64,000 nt of DNA. Source: the human T2T-CHM13v2.0 reference genome, Homo sapiens. A model generated the notes under the pieces. It was given only the letters and a program-made list of their open reading frames with translations. It ran no database searches and was not told the origin of the DNA. The translations under genes were made by a program, and so were the position numbers. The DNA lies in the NCBI RefSeq assembly GCF_009914755.1, contig NC_060945.1; one strand, 5' to 3'. Numbering within the stretch: the stretch's first letter is position 1; each line of letters begins with the position of its first letter. Positions 28,408 through 40,830 of this stretch are shown piece after piece.

Positions 28408-31400
28408 CAATGGAATAGAATGGAAAGGATGGAGTGCAGTAGAGTGCATTGAAATGGAATGCAATGGAAAGGAATGGAGTCGAGTACAGGGGAGTGGAGT
28501 GGAGTGGAATGGAATGGAATGGACTCAAATGGAATGGAATTGAATGGAGTAGACATTAAATGGAAAGGACACGAATGGAATGGAATCAAAAGGGATGGAT
28601 TCAAATGGAATGGAATCGAATGACATGGAATGGAATCGAATGGAACGCGATTAGGCTGAGTGGAGTGGAGTGAAATGGAGTGGAATAGAATATTGTGAAT
28701 TGGAATTGAATGGAGTGGAGTGGAGTGGATTGTAATGGAGTGGAATGGAATGGAATGGGAAGGAACGGAATTGAACGGAGTGGAGTGGAGAGGAGTGACG
28801 TGGAGTGGAGTTGAATGCAATGGAATAGAATGGAAAGGAGTGGAGTGGATTGGAGTGGAATGCAATGGAATGGAATGGAGTGGAGTAGAGGGGAGTTGAG
28901 CGGAGTGGAGTGGAATGGAATGAAATGGAATGGAATGTACTCAAATGGAATGGACTCAAATAGAGTGGACGGGAATGGAATGGACTCGAATGGAATGGAT
29001 TCGAACGCAATGGAATCGAATGGGATGGATTCAAATGCAATGGAATCGAATGACATCGAATGGAATAGAATGGAATGCGATCAAGTGGAGAGCAGTGGAG
29101 GGGAATATTGGGGAATGGAATGGTGTGCAAAGGAATTCAATGGAATGGACTGGAGTAGAGTGGAATGGATTGAAATGGAATGGAATGGGAAGGAATGGAA
29201 TTGAACAAAGTGGAGTGAAATGGAGTGGAGAGGAATTGAATGAAATGGAATGGAGTGGAATGGAATGGAGTGATGTGGAATGGAAACGAAAGGAACAGAA
29301 TGGAATGGAATGGAATGGACTCGACTAGAACGGACTGGAATGGAATGCACTTTAATGGAATGGACAGGAATGGAATGGACTCGAATGGAAGGGAATCAAT
29401 TGAAAAGGAATCGAATGGAATGGATTAGAATGGAATGGAATAAATGCAATGGAGTCGAAAGGAATGGAATCAATTGTAAAGGAATTCAATGGCATCAAGT
29501 GTAATCGACCAGAATGTGATGAAGTGCAGTGGAGTGGAATGGAATACAATGCAATGGAATGGAATGGATTGGAGTGGAGAGAACTGGAGTGGAGTGGAGT
29601 GAAGTGGACTGGAGTGTAGTGGAATGCAGTGTATTGCAATGGAGTGGAATGAAGTAGAGTGGAGTGGAATGGAGTGGAATGGACTGGAATTGAGTGGAAT
29701 TGAATGGAATACAATGGATTCAAAAGGATTGGACTCGAATGGAATGGAAGCAAATGGAATGAAATCCAAAGGAATGGAAACGAATGGAATGGAATCTAAA
29801 GGAATGGAATGGAATCGAATGGAATGGAATCAAATGGAATGGAATGGAATGGAATGGAATTAAATGGACTGCAATGGAATTTAATCGAAAGGAATGGAAT
29901 GGAATCGAATGGAAAGGAACTGAAGGGCATTTAATGGCATTGAATGGAATGCGGTGAAGTGGAGTGGAAGGGATTGGAATGGAATGCAATAGAAAAGAAT
30001 GGAATGAAATGGAATGGAATGGAATGGAATTGCATGGCATTGAATGGAATGCAGTGAAGCAGAATGGAAGGGATTGGAATGGAGTGGAATTGAATGGGTT
30101 GGAATGGAATTGAGTGGAGTGTGGTGGAATGGAGGGGAATGGAGTGGAATGCATAGGAATGGGAAGGAATGGAATTGAAAGGAGTGGAGTGGAGTACATT
30201 GGAGTGGAGTGTAATTGAACGGAGTGTGGTCGAGTGGAGTGGAGTGCAGCAAAATTGAATGGAATGGAATGGACTCGATTTGAATGGACTGGAATAGAAT
30301 GGACACGAGTGTAATGGACACGAGTGGAATGGACTCAAATGGAATGCAATCAAATGGAATGGAAGCAAAAGGAATGGAATCGAAAGGAAAGGAATCGCAT
30401 GGCATTGAATGGCATCGAATGGAATGTGATGAAGTTGAGTGGAGTGCAGTAGAATGAAGTAGAATGGAATAGGGTGGATTGGAATTGAATGGAGTGGAGT
30501 GCAACGGAGTGGAATGGAATAGAATGGGAGGAATGGAATTGAACAGAGAGGAGTGGAGAGGATTTAAGTGGAGTGGAGTGGAATGCCATGGAATAGAATG
30601 GAAAGGAGTGGAGTACAGTGGAGTGGATTGGAGTGGAATGCAATGGAATAGAATGGAGTGGAGTAGAGGGGAGTGGAGTGGAGTGCAGAGGAATGGAATG
30701 GAATGGTATGGAATGGACTCAAATGGAATGGAATGGAAACGAATGATATCGAACATAATAGGATGGAATGCAATGGAATAGAATGGAAGGGAATGGATGA
30801 AATGGAATGCAATGGAATGCAATGGAAGGGAATAGATGGAATGGAATGCAATGGAATGGAATCACATGGAATGCAATACAGTGGAGTGGAATGGAATCTA
30901 ATGGAAAAGAATGGAATGGAATGGAATAGAATGGAATGGAATCGAATGGAATAGAATAAATGGAATGGAATGGAATGGACTCAAAAAGAAAGAACTCGAA
31001 TGGAATGGAACCGAATGGAATAGAATGGAATGGACTCAAATGTAATGGACTGAAATGGAATGGACTGCAACGGAATGGAATCGAATGGAAAGGATTCGAA
31101 TGGAATGGAATGGAATGCACTCGAACGCAATGTACTGGAATGGAATTGACTCGAGTGGAATGGACAGCAATGGAATTGACTCTTATGGAAAGGATTGGAA
31201 TGTAATGTAGTTGAATGGAATGGAAACTAATGGAATGGAATGGAATGCAATCGAATGGAATGCAATCGAGTGGAATGGAATCGAATGGAAAGGAATGGAA
31301 TAGATTTTAATGGAATGTACTGGAATGGAATGGAATAGAAAGGAATCGAATGTATTGGAATGGAATGGAGTGGAATGGACTCGAATGTAATGGAATGGAA

Positions 31401-31784
31401 TTGAAAGGACTGCAATGAGATGGATTTGAATAGAATGGAATCCAATAGAATGGAATCAAATGGATTTTACTGGAATGGAATGGAATCGAATGCAATCGAC
31501 GCTAAAGGAATGGAATCAAAAGCAATGGAATTGATAATAAGGGAATCGAATGGATTGGAATGGAATAGAATCGAATATAATGGAATGGAACGGAATGAAT
31601 GCAATGCAATGGAATGGAATGGAATCTAATAAAATGGAATGGAATGGAGTGGAATCGATTAGAATGGAATGGTATGGACTCGAATGGAATGGATTGGAAT
31701 GGATTGGAGTGGAATGGAATGGAATGGAATGGACTTGAATGGAATGGGCTCAAATGGAATGGAATCGAATGGAATACAATGGAA

Positions 31785-32705
31785 TGGACTCAAATGTAAT
31801 GGACTGGAATGGAATGGACTCCAATGGAATGAACTTGAACGTAATTGACTCGAATGGAATGGAATCCAGTGAAATGGAATGGAATGGAATGGAACAGAAT
31901 TGAATGGAATGGACTCGAAGGAAATGTACTGGAATGGAAAGGACTCGAATGGAATGGACTCAAATGGTGTTGACTGGAATGGAATGGAATCGAATACAAT
32001 GGACTCCATTGAAATGGACTCGAACGGAATGTAATAGAATGGAATGGAATGCAATGGAATGGAATGGAAAGGAATGGAATCGACTGAAATGGACTAGAAT
32101 GGAATCTACTAGAATGAAACGGACTCCAACGGAATGGATTCGAAGGGAATGCAGTCAAGTAGAATGGAATCAAATGGATTGGAATCTAATTGAATGGAAT
32201 GTAATGGAATCAAATGGAATGGAATGGATTGGAATGGAATGGAATGGACTTGAATGGGCTCAAATTGCATGGAATCGAATGGAATAGAACAGAATGGAAT
32301 GGACTCAAATTTAATGGACTGGAATGGAAAGGACTCCAATGGAATGGACTCAAACATAATTTACTCGAATGGAATGGAATCCAGTGAAATGGAATGGAAT
32401 GGAATGGAACAGAATTGAATGGAATGGACTCAAAAGAAATGTACTGGGATGGAATGGACTCAAATGGAATGGACTCGAATGGCGTGGACTGGAATGGAAT
32501 GGCATCGAATAGAATGGACTCCATTGAAATGGACTCGAATGGAATGCATTAAAATGGAATGAAATCGAATGGAATGGAATGGAAAGCAATGAAATCGACT
32601 GGAATGGACTAGAATGGAATCTACTAGAATCAAATGGACTCCAACGGAATTCGAAGGGAATGCAGTCAAATGGAATGGAATCGAATGGATTGGAATCTAA
32701 TGGAA
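31785..32705 (+). repeat. ~515-bp tandem duplication
   Basis: CCAGTGAAAT occurs at 31866/32381 and CTACTAGAAT at 32106/32621 (offset 515). GCAGTCAA occurs at 32151/32662. Confidence 0.88.
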
Positions 32706-35700
32706 AGGAATGAAATCGAATGGAATGGAATCAAAAGAAATGGAATGGAATGCAACAGAATAAAATGGTATGGAATCAAGTAGAGGTGAATGGAGTGGAT
32801 TGGAATGAAATGGAATGGACCCGGGTGAAAAGGACTCGGAGTGGACTCCGAGTGGAGTGTACTCGAATAGAAAGGACTCAAAAAGAATGGAACTGAATCG
32901 AATGGAATGGAACCAAATGGATTGGAATGGAATGGAATGGAATTTAATGGAATGGAATGGTATGGAATGGAATGGAAAGGAATGGAATGGAATGGAATGG
33001 AATTGAATGGAATGGAATAGCATGGTATGGACTTGAATAGAATGGAATGGACACGAATGGAATGGATTCAAGTGGAATGGACTCAAATTGAATGGATTCA
33101 AATGGAATGGAATCGAATGGAATGCAATCGAGGGGCATGGATTCTAACGGGTTGGAATCGAATGCAATGGAACGTAATGGAATGGACCCGAAAGGAATGG
33201 ACTCAAAGAAAATGGACTGGAATGGAATGGAATGGAGTGGAATGGAGTGAAATGTAACGGAATACAATCGAATGGAATAGAATTGAATGGAATGGACAGG
33301 AATGGAATGGACTACAATGGAATGGAGTAGAATGGAATTGATTCGATTTGAATACATTCGAATGGGATGGATTTGAATGGAATGGACTTGAATCGAATGC
33401 AATCGAATGGAATGGAACTGAAGGGAATGGAGTCAAATTCAATGGACAGGAGTAGAATGGACTGGAATGTAATGGAAGCGAATGGAATGGACTGGATTGA
33501 TACCGACCCGAATGGAATAGACACAAATGGAATGATATCAAATGGAATGCAATGAAATGCATTTGATTGGAATCGAAAGGAATGGAGACGAATATTATGG
33601 AATCAAATAGAATGGAGTCGAATATAATGGAATCAAACCGAATGGCATTGAATGCAATGAAAACGAATGGAAAGGAATGGAATGGAATGGAGTCGAATGG
33701 AATGGACTCAAAAGGAAAGGAATTGACTGGAATGGAATGGAATGCATTTGAATGAAATAGAATGGAATGGAGTCGAGTAGAATGGAATTGAATGGAATGG
33801 AATTGAATGCAATGGAATGGAATGTAATGGATTGGAATGGAATGGAGTTAAATGTAATTGACTGGAATAGAATGATCTTGAATGGAATGGAACTGAATGG
33901 AATGGACTTGATTCTAATGGTCTCAAACTGAATTGAATCAAATGGAATGGAATCGAATGAAATGGGATTGAATAGAATGTAATAGAATGGAATGGATTCG
34001 ATTGGTATGGAATCGAATAGAATGGAATTGAATGGAATGGAATCAAAAGAAATTGAATCGAATGGAATAGAATCAATTGGAATGCAATGGAATGGAATGG
34101 AATGGAATGCAATGGAACGGAATGGAATGGAATGCAATGCAGTGGAATAGATTCGAATGGAATGGAAAGGAATTGAATGGCATCTAATGGAATGGAATGA
34201 AATGGAACATAATGGACTCAAATATAATGAACTGGAAAGGAATGGAGTCGAATGGAATGAACTCGAATGGAACGGACTCCATTGGAATGGGCTCCAATGG
34301 AATGCAATCGAATGGAATGGAATCAAAAGGAAAGTACTGGAATGGAATCTACTCGAAAGGAATGGATTCCATTGGAATGGACTGGAATTGAACAGTATCG
34401 TATGGAATGGATTGGAATTGAATAGAATTGAATGGAATGTAATCGAACGGAATGGACTGTAATGGAATTGACTTGATTGGAATGGACTCGACCTTAATGG
34501 AATAGATCAGAAAGGAATCAAAAGAAATGGGATCCAATGGAATGGAATCAAACGGTATAGAAGGGAATGGAATGGACTCGAATGGAATGGAATCAAATGG
34601 AATGGAATGGCCTCAAATGGATTGGAATGGAATGGAATGGAATGGACTTGAAAGGAATTGATTGGAAAGGAATAGAATGGAAGGGAATCAAATGAAATGG
34701 AATGGATTCGAATGGAATGGAAAGGAGTGGAAGGAAATGAAATGAAATGGACTCGAATGTGTTGAACCAGAAAGGAATGGACTCGAATGGACTGGAATCG
34801 AATGGAATGGATTCAAATGGAATGCAATACAATGGACTGGAATGGAATGGAATGGACCGGAATGGAATGGACTCGAATGGAATGGAATGGAATGGAAAGG
34901 AATGAACGCAAATGGAATGGAATCAAATGGAATGGACTCGAATGGAATGGAATCAAATGCAATGGAATAGAATGGAATAAAATGGAATGAAATGGAATCG
35001 AAAGGAAGGCACTAGAATGGAAAAGACTCGAATGGAATGGACGCGAACGAAATGGACTGGAAGGGAATGGACTCGAATGGAATGGACTCTAAAGGAATGG
35101 CATCGAGGGGCATTCAATCAAATGGAATGGATTCAAAAGGAATGGAAAGGAAAGGATTGGAATGGAATGGACTGGAACGGAATGGATTCGAATGGAATGG
35201 AATGGAATGGACCCAAATTGAATGGAAGTGAATTGAATGGACTCGAACGGAAAGGAATCAAATGGAATGGAATGGAATAGAATAGAATGGAGCAAAATGG
35301 ACTCGAAAGGAAGAGACTGGAATGGAACGGACTCTAACGGAATGGACGCAAATGGAATGGACTGGAATGGACTCGAATGGAATGGACTCAAAATGAATGG
35401 CATTGAACGGAATGTAATCGAATGGAATAGAATCAAATTGAATGGTATGGATTGGAATGGACTCGAACGGAATGGACTGGAAAAGTATGAACTCGAATGG
35501 AATGGAATCGAATGGAATGAAAAGAAATGGAATAGAATGGAATGGAATGGACTGCAATGGAATGGCCTCGATTCGAATGGACTCAAATGGAGTGGAATCG
35601 AATGGAATGCAATGGAAAGGAATGGAATGGAATGGACTCGAATAAAATGTACTGGAATGGTAAAGACTTGAATGGAAGGGAATCAAATGAAATGGAATTG

Positions 35701-38700
35701 AATGGAATGCAAACGAATAGAATGGAGTCCAATCAAATGGAATGGAATCGAATGGAATGGAATCAAATGGAATGAGATCGAATGGAAAGAAATGGAATGG
35801 AAATAAATGGAATGGAATTCAATGGAATGAAATAGAATTGAATGTTATAGACTGGTATGGAATGGACTAAAAAGAATTGAATCGAACAGAATGGATTCAA
35901 AAGGAATGAACTCGAATTGAATGGATACTAATGGAATGGACTCAAATGGAATGCAATCGAATGGAAGGGAATCACATGGAATTGAAACGAATGGAATGGA
36001 CCACAATGGAATGGACAGCAATGGAATTCAGTGGAATGGAATGGAATCACATGGGATGCAGTGGAATGGAATGGACTGCAATGGAATGGACTTGAAAAGA
36101 AAGGAATCGAATGTAATGAACTCGCATGGAATGGAATGGAATGTAGTAGAATGGAATGGATTCTAATGTAATGAACTGCAATGGGATGTACTTCAATGGA
36201 ATGGACTCGAATGGAATGCAATCGAATTGAATGGAATGGAATGGACTGTATTTGAATGGACTCCAATGGAATGCAATCAAATGAAATGCAATCAAAGGGA
36301 ATGGAATCAAATGGAATGGACAATAGTGGAATGGACTGGACTGGAATGGAATGGAATGGAATGGAACGTACTCGAATGTATTGGACTGGAACATAATGGA
36401 CTCGAATGGAGTGGAATCGAATGGAATGGATTCAAATCGAATGGAATGGAATAGAGTGGAATGGAATGGACTGGAAAGGAATGAATTCGAATGGAATGGA
36501 ATTCAATGAAGTGGAATGGACACAAAGGCAATGAACTCGAATGGAATGGACTTGAATGCAATGGATTCCACTAGAAAGGAATGGAATGGAATAGAATGGA
36601 GTGAAATGGACTTGAATGGAAGTGAGTGGAATGGAACGGACTCAAATGGAATGGACACGAATGCAATGGACTGGAATGGAATGGACTCGGAAGAAATGGA
36701 CTCCAAAAAAATTGCATCCAATTGAATGTAATCAAATGGAATGGAATCAAATGGAATGCCCTGGATTGGAATGGTATCGAATGGAATGGACTGGGAAGGA
36801 TTGAATTCGAATGTAACTGAATCGAATGGAATGGAGTGAAATGGAATTGAATCAAATGGAGTGGAATAGAAAGGAATGCAATGGAATGGAATTGTCTCGA
36901 ATGGAATGGAACAGAATGGAAAGGAAACTGAATGGAAAGGAATGGAATGGAATGGAATGGAATGGAAATGAATGAAATGGAATGCAGTGGAGTGGAATGG
37001 AATGGACAAGTTGGAATGGATTGGAAAGGAAAGGAATGGAATGGAATATACTCGAATGTAATGTACTGGAATGGAATTGACTCCAATGGAATGGACTCAA
37101 ATGAAGTGGACTGGAAAGGAATGCACCGAATGGAATGGAATTGAATGGAATGGAATGAAATGGAATAGAATGGAATGGAATGGAATGGAATGGAATGGAA
37201 TGGAATCGAACGAAATGCACTGGAATGGATTGGGCTCGATTGTAATGGACTCGAATGGAATGGGATTCAATGGAATGGGATACAATGGAATGGCATTGAA
37301 AGGAATGTAATCAAAAGGAATGGAATCAAACGGAATGGAAATGAACAGAATGGACGGGAATGGAATGGAATCGAAAGGAATGGACTGGAATGGAACGGTC
37401 TCGAATTGAATGTCATCGAATGGAATGGAATTCAGCGGAATGGAATCGAACGAAATTGATTCGAATGGAATGGAGTGGAATGGAATGGACTGGAATATAA
37501 TTGACTGGATTGGATTAGACACGAATAGTAAGGAATTGAAAGGAAAGCAATCTAATGTAATGGAATCGTATAGAATGGAAACCAATAGAATGAACTGGAA
37601 TGGAACGGTCTCAAAAGGAATGGAATCAAATGGAAGGATTGGAATGGAATGGAATAGAATGGAATGGAATGCAATGGAAACGAATGGAATGGAATGGAGT
37701 GGAATGGAATGCAATGGACTTGATGGAATGGACTGGAAAGGAATGGACTCGAAAGTAATGGAATCAAATGGAATGGAATGGAATGGAATGGAATAGAAAG
37801 GAATTGAATGTACTGCAATGGAATAGAAAGGACCCGAATGCAATGGAATCTAATGGAATGGAAAGGACTGGACTGGAATGGAATGGACTTGAATATAATG
37901 GACGGGAATGGAATGGTATCGAGTGGTACGGAATCGAATGGAATGGACTGGAATTGAATGAATTGGAATGGAATGGTCTCGAATTTATTGGGATTGAATG
38001 GAATTGAATTGAATGGAATGGAATCAAATGGAATGGAACCGAGTGGAATGGAACAGAATGTAATTGAGTCGACTAGAATGGAATGGAAAGGACTCAAATG
38101 CAATGGAATCGAATGAAATGGAATGGATTGGACTCGAATGGAATGGACTCTTATATAATGGACGGGAAAGGAATAGTCTCGAGTGGAATGGACTCGAATG
38201 GAATGGACTGGAATTAAATGAATTGGAATGGTATGGTCTCGAATTTAGTGGGATTGAATGGAATCGAATCTAATGGATTGGAATCAAATAGAATGGAACG
38301 GAATGGTGTGGAATTGAATAAAATGGAGCGTAATGTAATCGAATGGAATGAAATGCACTCCAATGGAATGGACTCAAATGCAATGGAATCGAATGGAATT
38401 TAATCGAATATAATGGAATCCAATGAAAAGAATTGGAAAGGAATGGAACGGAATTTACTCAAATGGAATACATTCAAATGGAATGGAATGGAAGGGAGTG
38501 GAAGGAAATGGAATCAAATGAATTCGAATAAAATGCACTGAAAGAATAAAATCGAATGTAATAGAAGGGAATGGAATGGAATGGATTGGAACGGAATCGC
38601 ATGTAATGGACTGGTACGGAATGGACTCGAATGGAATGGACTCTAAAGGAATGGAATGAAATGGAATGGAGTGGAAATGACTGGAATGGAATGGATTGGA

Positions 38701-39959
38701 ATGGAATGGACTCAAATGGAATAGAATGGAATGGAATGGAATGGACAGGAATGGTATGGACTCCACTGGAGTGGACTCTAATGGAATGCAATCAAATGGA
38801 AAGGGCTGGAATGCAATGCACTCCAATTAAATGTACTCGAACGGAATGGACTGGAAAGGCATGAACTTGAATAGAATGGGCTCCATTGGAATGCACTCAA
38901 AATGAATGGAAACGAATGGAATGGAATGGAATGGAATGGAAAAGAATTGAATGAAATGGAATGGAATAGAATCAAATAGAACGGACTGGAATGGAATGGA
39001 ATTGAATGGAATGCACTCGAAAGGAATGGAATCAAATCGAATGGAATCGAATGGAGTGGAACAGAATGGAATGGAATGGAATGGAATGGAATAGAATGAG
39101 CTCCAATGGAATAGAATGGAATGGAATGGAAAGTAGTGGACTGGAATGGAATGGACTTCAAAGGAATGGACTAGAATGAAATGGTCTTGAAAGGAATGGA
39201 ATCGAATGGGATGGACTCAAATTGAATGGACTGGAGAGGAACAAACTTGAATGGAATGGAATTGAATGGAATGGGATTGAATGGAATGGAATTCAATGGA
39301 ATGGAGACAAATGGATTGGAGTGGAATGAAATGGAATGGAATGGAATCAAATGGAATGGAATCCAATAGAATACAATGGAATGGAATGGAATGGAATGGA
39401 ATGGAATGGACTTGAAAGTAATATACTGGAATGAAATTGACTCGAACGGAAAGGACTCGAATGCAATGGAATGCAATGCAATCTTATTGAATGGAATGGA
39501 ATCCAATGTAATGGAATGGAATGTACTGGAATTGAATGGACTCCAATGGAATAGAATAAAATCGAATGGAATGGAATGGAATGGAATTGAATCGAATGAA
39601 ATGGATTCGAAAGGAATGGACTGGATCGGAATGAAATGGAATGGAATGGAACGGACTCGAATGTAATCGAATGGATTGCAATGGACTCAAATGCAATGGA
39701 GTCGAAAAATATGGAATTGAAAGGAATGCAATCAAACCAAATGTAACCCTTTGGAATGGAATGAAATGGACTAGAATGGACTAGAAAGCAATAAACTTGT
39801 ATGCAATGAATTCCAATGGAATGGAAGCGAAAGGAAAGGTAATGAATTGAATGGAAATGAATCGAGTCAACTAGAAAGGAATGGAATGGAATAGAATGGA
39901 ATGGAATGGAATGGAATGGAATGGAATGGAACAGAATGGAACAGAATGGACACGAATGG

Positions 39960-40830
39960 AATGGACTCGAATGGAATTTAATCAAACGGAATAAAATGGA
40001 ATGGAATGTAGTAGAATGGAATGGAATGGAATGGACACAAATGGAATGGAATGGAATTCAATGGTTTCAAACGGAATGTAAAGTAATGGAATGGAATGGA
40101 ATACAATAGAAAGGAATAGATTCCAATGGAATGGACTGGAATGGAATGGAATCAAAAGGAATGGACTCCTTTGGAAAGGACTCTAATGGCATGCAACTGA
40201 ATGGATTAGACTGGAATGAAACGGACACGAAAGGAATGGACTTGAAGGGAAAGGTCTCGAATGGAATGGAATCAAAAGGTGTGGAATTGAAAATAATGGA
40301 CTCGAATTGAATGGATTGATATGGAAGGCTTTCGAATGGAATGGAATGGAATGGAATGCAATGGAATGAAATGGAATGGACATGCATGGATTGGACTTGA
40401 ATGGAAATTAATCAAACGGAATAGAATGGAATAGAATGGAGTGGAATGGAATAGAATGGAATGGACTGAAATGGAATACAATAGAATGGAATGGAATGGA
40501 TTCGAACTGAATGGAATGTAATGGAATGGATGGAATAGAATAGAAAGGAATAGATTCCAATGGAATGGACAGGAATGGAATGGAATCAAAACGAAAGGAC
40601 TCCTTCGGAACAGACTGTAATGGAATGCAATCAAATGGAATAGACTGGAATGAAATGGACTCGAAAGGAATGGACATGAATTGAAAAGTCTCGAATGGAA
40701 TGGAATCAAAAGGAGTGCAATTGAAAGTAATGAACTCGAATAGAATGGATTGGTATGGAAGAGTTTCGAATGGAATGGAGTGGAATGGAATGGAATGGAA
40801 TGCAATGGAATAGAATGGAATGCAATGAAA
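39960..40830 (+). repeat. ~430-bp tandem duplication with a third diverged copy near 43.1-43.3 kb
   Basis: AATCAAACGGAATA occurs at 39980/40410 and GGAATAGATTCC at 40113/40547. GTCTCGAATGGAATGGAATCAAA occurs at 40254/40688 and again near 43222. Confidence 0.82.

Larger units (their letters stand above)
9941..30690 (+). repeat. Domain B: GGAGT-rich modular satellite (GGAGT tracts alternating with GGAATCGAAT/GGACT blocks)
   Basis: Runs of GGAGTGGAGT start near 9945-10020 and end near 30690. They alternate with CGAAT-rich blocks that end in a GCGGTGAAGT-like motif. Confidence 0.88.

Noticed and set aside
9941-30690. G-quadruplex or telomere-like interpretation of G-rich tracts
   Set aside because: Runs are mostly GG with only isolated GGGG. 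I saw no convincing cluster of four GGG runs and no TTAGGG array.
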